A stretch of 58,325 nt of DNA from Anaerolineales bacterium (GTDB taxonomy: Bacteria > Chloroflexota > Anaerolineae > Anaerolineales > DRKV01), in the NCBI GenBank assembly GCA_034435695.1, contig DAOTWV010000060.1, positions 1-58,325 of the forward strand. The letters run 5' to 3'. Under the pieces are notes generated by a model. The model searched no databases. It was not told where the DNA came from and saw only the letters and a list, made by a program, of their open reading frames with translations. Position numbers and translations under genes: made by a program. Below, one piece after another: positions 28,206 to 36,486 of this stretch (within the stretch, counting starts at the first letter, position 1; each line of letters starts with the position of its first letter).

Positions 28206-28629
28206 GTTACTGCGAACCCCGAAGGGGCGAAGCAATCCCCTTCAAACTGCTCAGGAGACTGCTTCCTCGCGGGGCACAGGTCGGCGGTTATGCCGCCTTG
28301 TAGTGACAACTACGGTGAACCTTCGGGTAGGTTCAGAAGCCAATCAAAATCCGCGTGCGTCCGCGCCATCCGCCTCTCGTTTAGGCAACGGGGGGGGGGA
28401 CAACTGGCAAGCAGTTGTCCTACCAATCGTGATGGCACCTGTGATGTAGCGCAAGGCTTTGCCTTGCGCAGACAGGCCGAAGGCCTGTCCTACGATGCCG
28501 ACCTTGACCCAGGGGCTGTCCCTCAACCAATTTTTGCAAACATCATCTGACGATGCTCTGGGGATGTGGCGGTTATGCCGCCTTGTAGTGACAACTACAG
28601 TGCATTTTCGGATGGGTTCTTTGGATGCA
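28206..28629. repeat. Cluster of REP-like extragenic palindromes with a 31-nt perfect direct repeat and a G10 tract
   Basis: Hairpin modules: CCCCGAAGGGG (28217-27); GAAGCAATCCCC...GGAGACTGCTTC (28229-65); GGACAACTG-GCAAG-CAGTTGTCC (28398-28420); composite GTAG-[CGCAAGGC TTT GCCTTGCG]-CA-[GACAGGCC GAA GGCCTGTC]-CTAC (28446-93). GGCGGTTATGCCGCCTTGTAGTGACAACTAC occurs at 28283-28313 and again at 28568-28598. G10 tract at 28390-28399. Confidence 0.65.
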
Positions 28630-28650
28630 GCCCCGGCTATACGGTACAAT
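28621..28650 (+). promoter_or_regulatory. Putative promoter of the lipoprotein-mtaB-acpS-herA-like operon
   Basis: TTGGAT (28621-26), an 18-nt spacer, then TACAAT (28645-50), 48 nt upstream of the ATG at 28699. Confidence 0.4.
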
Positions 28651-28698
28651 TGCATCGTCTGTTCCTGGTTTTTTGCTCACTTGTGGAGAAATGACCCC

Positions 28699-29370
28699 AT
28701 GAAACGCAACCTTGTTTTTCCCCTCATTGGCGTGTGTGCCCTGGTGCTCACCTCGTTGGCCTGCCAGACTCTTCTTGGCGGTGGCTCGAACCTCCCCCAG
28801 GCAGGTTCCGCACCAGCGGACACCATCCTTTTCCAGGATGATTTTTCCGATTCCAATAGCGGGTGGGATGCGGTACGCGTGGACGAAGGCATTACAGACT
28901 ATGAAAACGGCGCATACCGCATTTTCGTGAACATGCAAAACAACGACGTATGGGCTAACCCCGGCCTGTCCTTTACGGACGTCCACATTGCGGTGGATGC
29001 CACCAAAATTGGCGGTCCCGATGATAACGATTTTGGTGTGATTTGTCGCTACGAGGATGCCGATAATTTCTATTTTTTCATCATCAGCAGTGATGGCTTT
29101 TATGGCATTGGCAAAGTCTCTGGCGGAGAACAAAGCCTGTTGGGGATGGATGGCATGGGACAGAGCGATGCCATTCTCCAGGGTGCGGCCACGAACCATA
29201 TCGAGGCCGAGTGCAAAGGCAGCCAGTTGACCTTGTGGGCCAACGGGACGCAATTGTTTAGCACCGAGGATTCTGAATTTTCCTCCGGTGATGTTGGCCT
29301 GATTGCCGGCACGTTTGATACTGTCGGCACAGATATTTCCTTCGATAACTTTATCGTTACCCGTCCGTGA
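28699..29370 (+). CDS. Probable lipoprotein with a concanavalin-A-like (jelly-roll) domain, function unknown
   Basis: The internal ATG at 28699 follows a GGAG RBS and gives MKRNLVFPLIGVCALVLTSLAC (lipoprotein-type signal with Cys). The rest is a beta-rich domain: FQDDFSDSNSGWD...YENGAYRIF...DNDFGVICRY.DADNFYFFIISSDG.YGIGK...FDNFIVTRP. The track ORF start at 28459 lies inside the repeat cluster. Confidence 0.7.
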   Translation: MKRNLVFPLIGVCALVLTSLACQTLLGGGSNLPQAGSAPADTILFQDDFSDSNSGWDAVRVDEGITDYENGAYRIFVNMQNNDVWANPGLSFTDVHIAVDATKIGGPDDNDFGVICRYEDADNFYFFIISSDGFYGIGKVSGGEQSLLGMDGMGQSDAILQGAATNHIEAECKGSQLTLWANGTQLFSTEDSEFSSGDVGLIAGTFDTVGTDISFDNFIVTRP

Positions 29371-29376
29371 GTGTAC

Positions 29377-30654
29377 ATGAAAATCTATCTGGATACTGTT
29401 GGTTGTCGTTTGAATCAAAGTGAAATCGAGACCTTCGCGCGTCAGTTTCGTGCCGCGGGGCATGAAATTGTGGCTCGCCCGGAAGATGCGGATTTGGCGG
29501 TGGTGAATACCTGTGCCGTTACAACACAGGCCGCAGCCGATTCCCGGAAGACCATTCGGCGGGCAGCACGTGCCGGTGTGGAAGAGATTGCTGTTACCGG
29601 TTGCTGGGTGACACTGGAACCGGAGGCGGCCGCCTCTCTCCCTGGGGTGCGCCGCGTGGTGGAAAACTCCCGTAAAGAGGCCCTCGTTCCCCAGGTGTTG
29701 AACCTGCCTCCCGAAGCATTCGACCTGGAACCGCTGGAGCGGCAGCCCATCCCTGGCGCACGGCTGCGTACGCGGGCATTCATCAAGGTGCAGGATGGCT
29801 GTGATAACCGGTGTACGTTTTGCATCACCACGGTGGCGCGCGGCGCGGGACGGAGCCTCCCCTTGTCCCGTGTTCTGGAAGATGTCCAGGCTGCCCTGGA
29901 TGGCGGCGCGCAGGAAATCGTGCTTACCGGTGTGCACCTGGGGTCATGGGGCAAAGATTTGTCCCCGCGCCGGCATCTGCGTCACCTCATAGAGGCCATT
30001 TTGTCGCACACCTCAGCCCCGCGCGTACGCCTTTCCTCGCTGGAACCGTGGAATCTGGATGCTTCGTTCTTTGAACTCTGGCAGGAACCGCGCTTGTGCC
30101 GACACCTGCATCTGCCGCTGCAATCGGGGTGCAATGCCACACTGCGCCGCATGGCGCGTAAAACCACGCAAGTTTCCTTCGCTGCACTGGTGGATGCAGC
30201 CCGGCGCGTCGCCCCCGATATGGCCATCACTACCGATATCATCGTCGGTTTCCCCGGCGAGAGCGAAGCAGAATTTGCCGAAAGTGCGGCGTTCGTACGC
30301 CAGATGGCCTTCGCCGGTGGGCACGTGTTTACCTATTCTCCGCGTCCCGGCACAGCCGCGGCTCGCATGCCGGGGCAGGTGCCGCATGCTGTACGCAAGG
30401 AGCGCAATACCCGTATGCGTCAGATTTTGGCTGACAGCGGGGCGCGGTACCGCTCGCGTTTCATCGGGCATACGCGTGAGGTATTGTGGGAAAGCGCGGT
30501 TGCCCTTGGGCCTGCCGGGTGGACTTTGAGCGGCCTGACGGACAATTACCTGCGGGTGCACGCCCAGGCTCCACAGGATTTGTGGAATCGCCTGTCTCGT
30601 GTGCGGATTACGGCGGAGGATGGCAGCGCCCTGCGCGGTGTGTTGGTGGAGTAA
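29377..30654 (+). CDS. mtaB: MiaB-like radical-SAM tRNA methylthiotransferase, MtaB type
   Basis: MKIYLDTVGCRLNQSEIE (UPF0004 domain with Cys), radical-SAM CDNRCTFC, and a C-terminal TRAM-like region. ATG at 29377 (a GTG at 29371 is also possible). Confidence 0.8.
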   Translation: MKIYLDTVGCRLNQSEIETFARQFRAAGHEIVARPEDADLAVVNTCAVTTQAAADSRKTIRRAARAGVEEIAVTGCWVTLEPEAAASLPGVRRVVENSRKEALVPQVLNLPPEAFDLEPLERQPIPGARLRTRAFIKVQDGCDNRCTFCITTVARGAGRSLPLSRVLEDVQAALDGGAQEIVLTGVHLGSWGKDLSPRRHLRHLIEAILSHTSAPRVRLSSLEPWNLDASFFELWQEPRLCRHLHLPLQSGCNATLRRMARKTTQVSFAALVDAARRVAPDMAITTDIIVGFPGESEAEFAESAAFVRQMAFAGGHVFTYSPRPGTAAARMPGQVPHAVRKERNTRMRQILADSGARYRSRFIGHTREVLWESAVALGPAGWTLSGLTDNYLRVHAQAPQDLWNRLSRVRITAEDGSALRGVLVE

Positions 30655-30661
30655 ACTAACC

Positions 30662-31027
30662 ATGCCTTTGCGTGTTGGCACCGACCTTGTGGAAGTCGAG
30701 CGCCTGCAAGGGGTGATATCCCGACAGGGAGAGCGCTTTTTGCAGCGCGTGTATACGCCCGCTGAATTGGAAGAGTGTGCCTACAGTCTGCCCTCTCTGG
30801 CCGCCCGGTGGGCAGCCAAAGAGGCGGTTGCCAAAGCCCTGGGGACGGGGATTGGCCCCGTTGCCTTTCGCGAAATCGAGGTGCGGCGAGGCCCGCTGCG
30901 AGAACCTGTGCTGCATTTGCATGGACACGCTGCAGCGCTTGCAAAGCAACTTGGGTTGACAGAGTGGGCTATCAGCCTCAGCCACACGAAAAATTATGCG
31001 GTGGCTGTGGTGACTGCAATGGGATGA
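30662..31027 (+). CDS. acpS: Holo-[acyl-carrier-protein] synthase
   Basis: The internal ATG at 30662 gives MPLRVGTDLVEVERL...ERFLQRVYTPAELE...LAARWAAKEAVAKALGTG...EIEV....G.P.L.L.G...ISLSHT..YAVAVV, the canonical AcpS pattern. Confidence 0.92.
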   Translation: MPLRVGTDLVEVERLQGVISRQGERFLQRVYTPAELEECAYSLPSLAARWAAKEAVAKALGTGIGPVAFREIEVRRGPLREPVLHLHGHAAALAKQLGLTEWAISLSHTKNYAVAVVTAMG

Positions 31028-32784
31028 AAGGAAATTCTCGAAGCGATAACCTCATGAACCAGTCTCAAGAAACTGCTATCGGCTATGTTATCGGCGGAGG
31101 CTTGAAGGAAAACTTCCGCGTGCGATTGACCGTTTCGCCGCACGAGGTGCAGGAAGGCGCGTTTGTCGTCATCCAAAGCGGCGAGTGGTTGTTCTACGGC
31201 CTGGTGACCGACCTGCAACTGGGCGCCACCGACCCGCGTTTTGCGGATGAACAAAGCGAACAACGGCTGCCCCCAGCCCTGGCACGCGCCCTGCATGGGC
31301 AAACCTTGTTCACCAATTTAGAAGTGTTGCCTTCCCGTATGTTGGAGCAAGGCCCCGATGAGGAAAAGGACCCGGCAGTGCATCGCCGCTGGCAGCAGGC
31401 CATCGACGCGGAATTGCGTGAAAAGCCGCATCCCATGCCTGTTAAAACCGTACCTGCTCATCATGCTCCTGTGCGCCTGGCTACGGAAGGTGATATCGAT
31501 GAAATCTTTGGCCGGCCGGAGGAGAAAGGCAAGGCCAACTTCGTCATCGGGTATACGCGCGAACAGGAACACCCCGTACGCATTGACCTGAAGAAACTGG
31601 TACAACGCTCATCTGGTATTTTCGGTGCTACCGGTACGGGGAAATCTTTCCTGACGCGCATCGTGCTTTCTGGGCTGGTGAAGCACGATGTGGCCTCGGT
31701 GTTACTCTTCGATATGCACAATGAATATGGGTATGATGACGTGGCCTCTGATACTGGCGTGCAGGTGAAGGGGCTGCATACGCTCTTTCGCAGTAAGGTG
31801 CGCGTGGTGGGGCTGGGTGCCGGGGCCACCATTCGGGGGCAGGTGCCTGACTTCAACCTCGAAATCCCCATGCGCGCGCTGCGCCCGGCGGATATCGAAA
31901 TGCTGACGCGCGAACTTAACTTGAAAGAGACTACCCCTACGACTCTGGAAGCCCTGGTGCACACGTTTGGCCCGCAAAAGTGGTTCAAGGCCTTCAAAGA
32001 GATGAACCAGGAACAGGTTGAAGTGACCGATGAAAACGGGAAAACCCGCAAGGTGCCGCATCCCGATAGCGTGGCTGCCTGGGCAAACGAAAACGGCGTC
32101 AACCAGATGGCCGCTGAGGGGCTGCACAACAAGTTGCGTCGCCTGTTCAACAAACCCTACATTGTGGAAAATCCCGCCCAGGATGGTATTGCAGAAATCA
32201 TCAAGGCGCTGGAGGCCGGGCAGCATGTCATTTTGTCTTTTGGAAAGTACGAAAGCGACCTGGACTACCTGTTGGTGAGCAATTTGTTGACGCGGCACAT
32301 TCGTGAACGTTGGGAAAAGGCAACCAACGCGTACCGTACCCACGGGAAAGAAGAGCCGCGCCCCCTGGTGATTGCTGTTGAAGAAGCCCACAAGTTGTTG
32401 AATCGTGAAATGGCCGCCCAGACTACCTTCAGCACTATCGCCCGCGAGTTGCGCAAGTACTACGTTACCTTGCTCATCATTGACCAGCGGCCCTCCCAGA
32501 TTTACGATGAGGTCATGTCTCAATTGGGAACGCGCATTTCCGGCTGGTTGGGCGATGACGATGATATCCGGGCCGTGCTTTCTGGTCTGGCTGGACGTGA
32601 AGCCCTGCGAGGAATGCTGGCGCGTTTACAACCCAAAGAGGAAGTGTTGTTGCTGGGGTGGGGGGTGCCCATGCCGCTGCCAGTACGTTCCCGCCGGTAT
32701 GATGACGAATTTCAGAAGGAATTGCTGGGGAAAAAGCCCACCCGGCGTAACCCGGACGATGCTGTGCGCGAGTTGGGGTTTTGA
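31024..32784 (+). CDS. HerA-like (DUF87, FtsK/HerA superfamily) P-loop ATPase
   Basis: The ATG at 31024 overlaps the acpS stop (ATGA); an alternative ATG is at 31054. It has an N-terminal barrel-like region, Walker A GIFGATGTGKSF and Walker B LVIAVEEAH. The track ORF start at 30775 is an artefactual extension into acpS. Confidence 0.75.
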   Translation: MKGNSRSDNLMNQSQETAIGYVIGGGLKENFRVRLTVSPHEVQEGAFVVIQSGEWLFYGLVTDLQLGATDPRFADEQSEQRLPPALARALHGQTLFTNLEVLPSRMLEQGPDEEKDPAVHRRWQQAIDAELREKPHPMPVKTVPAHHAPVRLATEGDIDEIFGRPEEKGKANFVIGYTREQEHPVRIDLKKLVQRSSGIFGATGTGKSFLTRIVLSGLVKHDVASVLLFDMHNEYGYDDVASDTGVQVKGLHTLFRSKVRVVGLGAGATIRGQVPDFNLEIPMRALRPADIEMLTRELNLKETTPTTLEALVHTFGPQKWFKAFKEMNQEQVEVTDENGKTRKVPHPDSVAAWANENGVNQMAAEGLHNKLRRLFNKPYIVENPAQDGIAEIIKALEAGQHVILSFGKYESDLDYLLVSNLLTRHIRERWEKATNAYRTHGKEEPRPLVIAVEEAHKLLNREMAAQTTFSTIARELRKYYVTLLIIDQRPSQIYDEVMSQLGTRISGWLGDDDDIRAVLSGLAGREALRGMLARLQPKEEVLLLGWGVPMPLPVRSRRYDDEFQKELLGKKPTRRNPDDAVRELGF

Positions 32785-32844
32785 CCCTGCGGCTTTGTTC
32801 GTGGCGTATTTGCTGATGCACTCGCCTTTGCAAACCGTCCGTTT

Positions 32845-32873
32845 TTGCATAAATATCGCTGATATGCTATACT
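32845..32873 (+). promoter_or_regulatory. Promoter with leaderless geometry
   Basis: TTGCAT (32845-50), a 17-nt spacer, TATACT (32868-73), then GAATTT and the GTG start at 32880. No SD sequence. Confidence 0.55.
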
Positions 32874-32879
32874 GAATTT

Positions 32880-34037
32880 GTGAAAATCCCGCGTGCCTTG
32901 CTTCCCCAGATGAAAAATTTGCTCCTGCCCGGTAAGGTGCTGGTGCTGTATGGCCCGCGCCAGGTAGGAAAGACCACACTGGCGCGGGACTTACTGGCGG
33001 ATATGCCCATGCAGAGCCGCTTTGTCAATGCCGATGAATTGTTTTATCGGGATATTCTCGCCAGTCAGGACCGGCAGCGCCTGGGGGAATTACTGGACGG
33101 TGCAGACCTGCTTGTTATCGACGAAGCCCAACGCGTTTCCAATATCGGTTTGAATCTCAAAATCCTGGTGGATTCCTATCCGCAGGTGCGTATTCTGGCC
33201 ACAGGTTCGGCTTCTTTTGACCTGGCCAACAAGATTAGCGAGCCTTTGACAGGACGCAAAATCACACTGACGCTTTTCCCCGTGTCTTATGCGGAGTTGC
33301 GGCAAACCTTCGGTACTTTGCGGGCACGTGCCATGCTGGAACGCTGGTTGATTTGGGGCGGATATCCGGCGATAGTCACGGAAGAATCGCTGCAAATGCG
33401 CACGCGCTTGCTGGGAGAACTTGTCGGTTCGTATCTGTACCGTGACATCCTCGAACTGGATGGTTTGCGGCGGGCGGACAAAATTGTGGATTTGCTGCGT
33501 CTGCTTGCTTTTCAAATCGGGTATGAGGTTTCTCTTTCCGAACTGGCTTCCCGCCTGGCAATCAACCGGCAGACGGTTGAGCGTTACCTGGATTTGCTGG
33601 AGAAGGTTTTCGTCATTTTTCGGGTAAGCGGGTTCTCGCGCAATTTGCGCAAAGAAATTACACGCAATGCGCGTTACTATTTTTACGATAACGGAGTGCG
33701 TAACGCGCTCATCCAGAATTTCAATCCCCTGCATTTGCGGCATGATGCCGGGCAATTGTGGGAAAACTTCCTGATGGTGGAGCGCCGCAAAGCCAATCAG
33801 TTTCTGGGGAGGCAGGTCAACGGGTACTTCTGGCGCACGTATGACCGCAAAGAAATTGATTACATCGAAGAAGCAGGCGGGACTTTGCAGGCATTTGAAT
33901 TCAAGTGGAACCCGCGCGGGGCTGTGCGGCGGGCAACACGCCGGGCTTTTCTGGATGCCTACCCGAATGCCTCTCTGGAAACGATTACCCCTGAAAATTT
34001 CGAGGCCTTTATTCTTCCCGCAGTTGAAGGAGCGTGA
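32880..34037 (+). CDS. AAA-family ATPase (AAA_14 plus DUF4143 architecture)
   Basis: 385 aa with a GTG start. Walker A LYGPRQVGKTTL, Walker B LLVIDEAQ, and a C-terminal DUF4143-like YFYDNGVRNAL...WRT....EIDYI. Confidence 0.8.
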   Translation: MKIPRALLPQMKNLLLPGKVLVLYGPRQVGKTTLARDLLADMPMQSRFVNADELFYRDILASQDRQRLGELLDGADLLVIDEAQRVSNIGLNLKILVDSYPQVRILATGSASFDLANKISEPLTGRKITLTLFPVSYAELRQTFGTLRARAMLERWLIWGGYPAIVTEESLQMRTRLLGELVGSYLYRDILELDGLRRADKIVDLLRLLAFQIGYEVSLSELASRLAINRQTVERYLDLLEKVFVIFRVSGFSRNLRKEITRNARYYFYDNGVRNALIQNFNPLHLRHDAGQLWENFLMVERRKANQFLGRQVNGYFWRTYDRKEIDYIEEAGGTLQAFEFKWNPRGAVRRATRRAFLDAYPNASLETITPENFEAFILPAVEGA

Positions 34038-34042
34038 TTGCA

Positions 34043-34864
34043 ATGAAATTTTATCCCTTGCCCGATGGTAGTCAACTTCCCGCACTGGGGTTGGGAACGT
34101 GGCGTATGGGAGGGGGGACTGTCCCGGATACTTCTCAGGATTCCCGCGTGTTACATGCTTTGCGTTACGCTCTGGAAATTGGCTACCGGCACATTGATAC
34201 TGCTGAAATGTATGCGGCCGGACATACCGAGGAATTGGTAGGGCGGGCGTTGCGTGAAAGCGGTGTGCCGCGTGCGGAGGTTTTCCTCACCAGCAAGGTG
34301 TGGCACACGCACCTGCGGTATCAGGAGGTGGTACGTGCCTGTGAAGATTCGTTGCGCCGCTTGCAGACGGATTACCTGGACCTGTACCTCATCCATTGGC
34401 CGTCATCTGATGTTCCGCTGGAAGAGACGTTCCGGGCGCTCAATGACCTGGTGCGGCAGGCTAAAATCCGTTTTGTAGGGGTCAGTAATTTCGATGTACC
34501 CTTGCTGCAAAAGGCAGTATCTCTTTGTGAAACGCCCTTGCTTACCAATCAGGTGCCTTATAGTTTGCATAATCGCACCTACCAGCGTAATGGCGTGTTG
34601 TCCTTTTGCCGGGAAAATGGTCTCCTGCTAACGGCATACACTCCCCTGGAAAAAGGGCATCTGGCGCAAGATGACGTATTGGAAACCATTGCTGCCCGAC
34701 GCGGGGTGAAACCTGCACAAGTGGCGCTGGCCTGGTTGTTGAACCAGCCAGGGGTGGTGACTATTCCCAAAACGCTTTCTCCCGTACATCTGGAAGAAAA
34801 TCTCGCTGCGGCGGAGATGCAACTTTCGGAGGAGGAGATGCGGTTGCTGAATGCGTTGGAGTAG
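34043..34864 (+). CDS. Aldo/keto reductase (2,5-diketo-D-gluconate reductase-like)
   Basis: MKFYPLPDGSQLPALGLGTWRMG...GYRHIDTAEMY...VFLTSKVW...YLDLYLIHWP. The ATG at 34043 follows a GGAG; the GTG at 34034 would overlap the upstream stop. Confidence 0.88.
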   Translation: MKFYPLPDGSQLPALGLGTWRMGGGTVPDTSQDSRVLHALRYALEIGYRHIDTAEMYAAGHTEELVGRALRESGVPRAEVFLTSKVWHTHLRYQEVVRACEDSLRRLQTDYLDLYLIHWPSSDVPLEETFRALNDLVRQAKIRFVGVSNFDVPLLQKAVSLCETPLLTNQVPYSLHNRTYQRNGVLSFCRENGLLLTAYTPLEKGHLAQDDVLETIAARRGVKPAQVALAWLLNQPGVVTIPKTLSPVHLEENLAAAEMQLSEEEMRLLNALE

Positions 34865-34868
34865 CCCC

Positions 34869-35759
34869 ATGCGAGTACGGGTGCGCGTGCCTGCGACGAC
34901 GGCCAACCTGGGGCCGGCCTTCGATTGTTTGGGGCTGGCGCTCAACCTGTGGAATGAGACTCTGTTTTCCCTGGAGGGGGAAACGATTGTCTGGGATGTT
35001 CGCGGAGAGGGGGCGGTGTTTTTGCATCGCGGCGAGCGTAACCTGGTATGGCGCGCGTTCCAGGCGGGGATGCAGGCCGCCGGCTTGCCGATTCCCTCCG
35101 GGATGCGTATTTCCTGTGAAAACGGTATCCCTCTGGGGTCGGGGCTGGGGTCCAGCGCAGCGGCGGTGTTGAGTGGTCTGCTGGGGGCGCAGGCGATTTC
35201 AGGGGGGGCGCTGTCCGATGAGGCGTTGTTCCGCCTGGCGCTTTCTCTGGAGGGGCATCCCGACAATATCGCCCCAGCCCTGCAGGGGGGACTGGTCATC
35301 GCTGTGGATGATATCACGCTGAAAATCGCGGTGCCGCGCTGGTACGTGGTGTATGCCCTGCCAGAGGTGCGTCTGACCACCTCCCAGGCGCGGGCGGCCT
35401 TGCCGGCGCAGGTTTCCCTTGCCGATGCTGTATTCAACATTGGGCATGCCTTGCTGGTGGTGGAAGCCATACGCAGCGGAGACCTGGCATTGTTGGGCAA
35501 GGCCATGCAGGACAGGTTGCACCAACCTTATCGCGTATCCCTGATTCCCGGAATGGCGGAGGCCCTGGAAGCAGCCAGAGAGATGGGAGGGGCAGCCGCT
35601 TTTTCGGGGGCCGGGCCGGGAATGGTCGCCTTTTGTCAGGAAACGCAGGTGCGGCATATCGGGCAGGCTGTGCGCAAGGCTTTCGGGAAGCATGGTATTG
35701 CCTGCCGGTTGTGGTGTCTCCCCCCCGTCAATCGCGGGGCGCAGGTGGAAATCTCTTGA
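34869..35759 (+). CDS. thrB: Homoserine kinase
   Basis: The internal ATG at 34869 gives MRVRVRVPATTANLGPAFDCLGLAL. It has the GHMP kinase motif IPLGSGLGSSAAA. Confidence 0.9.
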   Translation: MRVRVRVPATTANLGPAFDCLGLALNLWNETLFSLEGETIVWDVRGEGAVFLHRGERNLVWRAFQAGMQAAGLPIPSGMRISCENGIPLGSGLGSSAAAVLSGLLGAQAISGGALSDEALFRLALSLEGHPDNIAPALQGGLVIAVDDITLKIAVPRWYVVYALPEVRLTTSQARAALPAQVSLADAVFNIGHALLVVEAIRSGDLALLGKAMQDRLHQPYRVSLIPGMAEALEAAREMGGAAAFSGAGPGMVAFCQETQVRHIGQAVRKAFGKHGIACRLWCLPPVNRGAQVEIS

Positions 35760-35807
35760 GGCTGGTGTGGTATAGTTGCACAAATCGCCACGGAAACGGA
35801 GGAACCC

Positions 35808-36485
35808 ATGAGCAATAGAATTCTGGTGATTGAAGACGATGAGGCCATTGTCAAGTTTGTGCGCCGTGGGCTGGCGTATGAGCGATATGAGGTGGAGGTG
35901 GCCATGGATGGGCGCACTGGCCTGCAGATGGCGCAGGATAACCCGCCTGACCTGGTGGTGCTGGACCTCATGTTACCCGGCTTGGATGGTCTGGAAGTAT
36001 GCCGCCGGTTACGGATGGTAAGCAATGTGCCTATTTTGATTTTGACTGCCCGCGATTCGGTCAACGACCGGGTTATGGGGTTGGATATGGGGGCAGATGA
36101 TTACATGGTGAAGCCCTTCAACCTGGATGAGTTGCTGGCACGTATTCGCGCTTTGTTGCGCCGCACCAATCCCGCAAAGCCCGAGGTGCTGCAATTTGCC
36201 GATTTGCAACTGGATACGGGCACGCGCCAGGCCCGACGCGGTGACCGGGTTATCTCGTTGACCAGCAAGGAATATGACTTGCTGGAACTTTTCATGATTC
36301 ATCCGCGGCAGGTGTTGACGCGTGATTTCATTTTCGACCGCGTGTGGGGGTACGACTTTGGTGGTGAGAGTAACATCATCGAAGTGTACATGCGTTATCT
36401 GCGTCAGAAACTGGAAAAAGGCGGAGAACCGCGTCTGCTGCACACTGTGCGCGGCGTGGGATATGTGCTGAGAGAACCCAACTGA
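35808..36485 (+). CDS. OmpR-family response regulator
   Basis: 225 aa with a GGAGGA RBS. Receiver domain ILVIEDD...[14 protein letters not shown], and a winged-helix C-terminus [11 protein letters not shown]......V.TR......VWG...TVRGVGY. Confidence 0.93.
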   Translation: MSNRILVIEDDEAIVKFVRRGLAYERYEVEVAMDGRTGLQMAQDNPPDLVVLDLMLPGLDGLEVCRRLRMVSNVPILILTARDSVNDRVMGLDMGADDYMVKPFNLDELLARIRALLRRTNPAKPEVLQFADLQLDTGTRQARRGDRVISLTSKEYDLLELFMIHPRQVLTRDFIFDRVWGYDFGGESNIIEVYMRYLRQKLEKGGEPRLLHTVRGVGYVLREPN

Positions 36486-36486
36486 A

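Noticed and set aside
28283-28598. The 31-nt perfect direct repeat as a possible CRISPR array
   Set aside because: There are only two copies, 285 nt apart. The intervening sequence is itself palindromic repeat modules, and no cas genes are present in the window.
28141-28655. ORFs 28141..28449 (+) and 28344..28655 (-) inside the repeat mosaic. The peptide RLCRLVVTTTV appears twice in plus-frame translations.
   Set aside because: The repeated peptide is just the translation of the 31-nt direct repeat. The ORFs are made of palindromic modules and lack RBSs.
28573-29937. 454-aa minus-strand ORF opposite the lipoprotein and mtaB genes
   Set aside because: Shadow ORF. It crosses a gene boundary and has no motif support.
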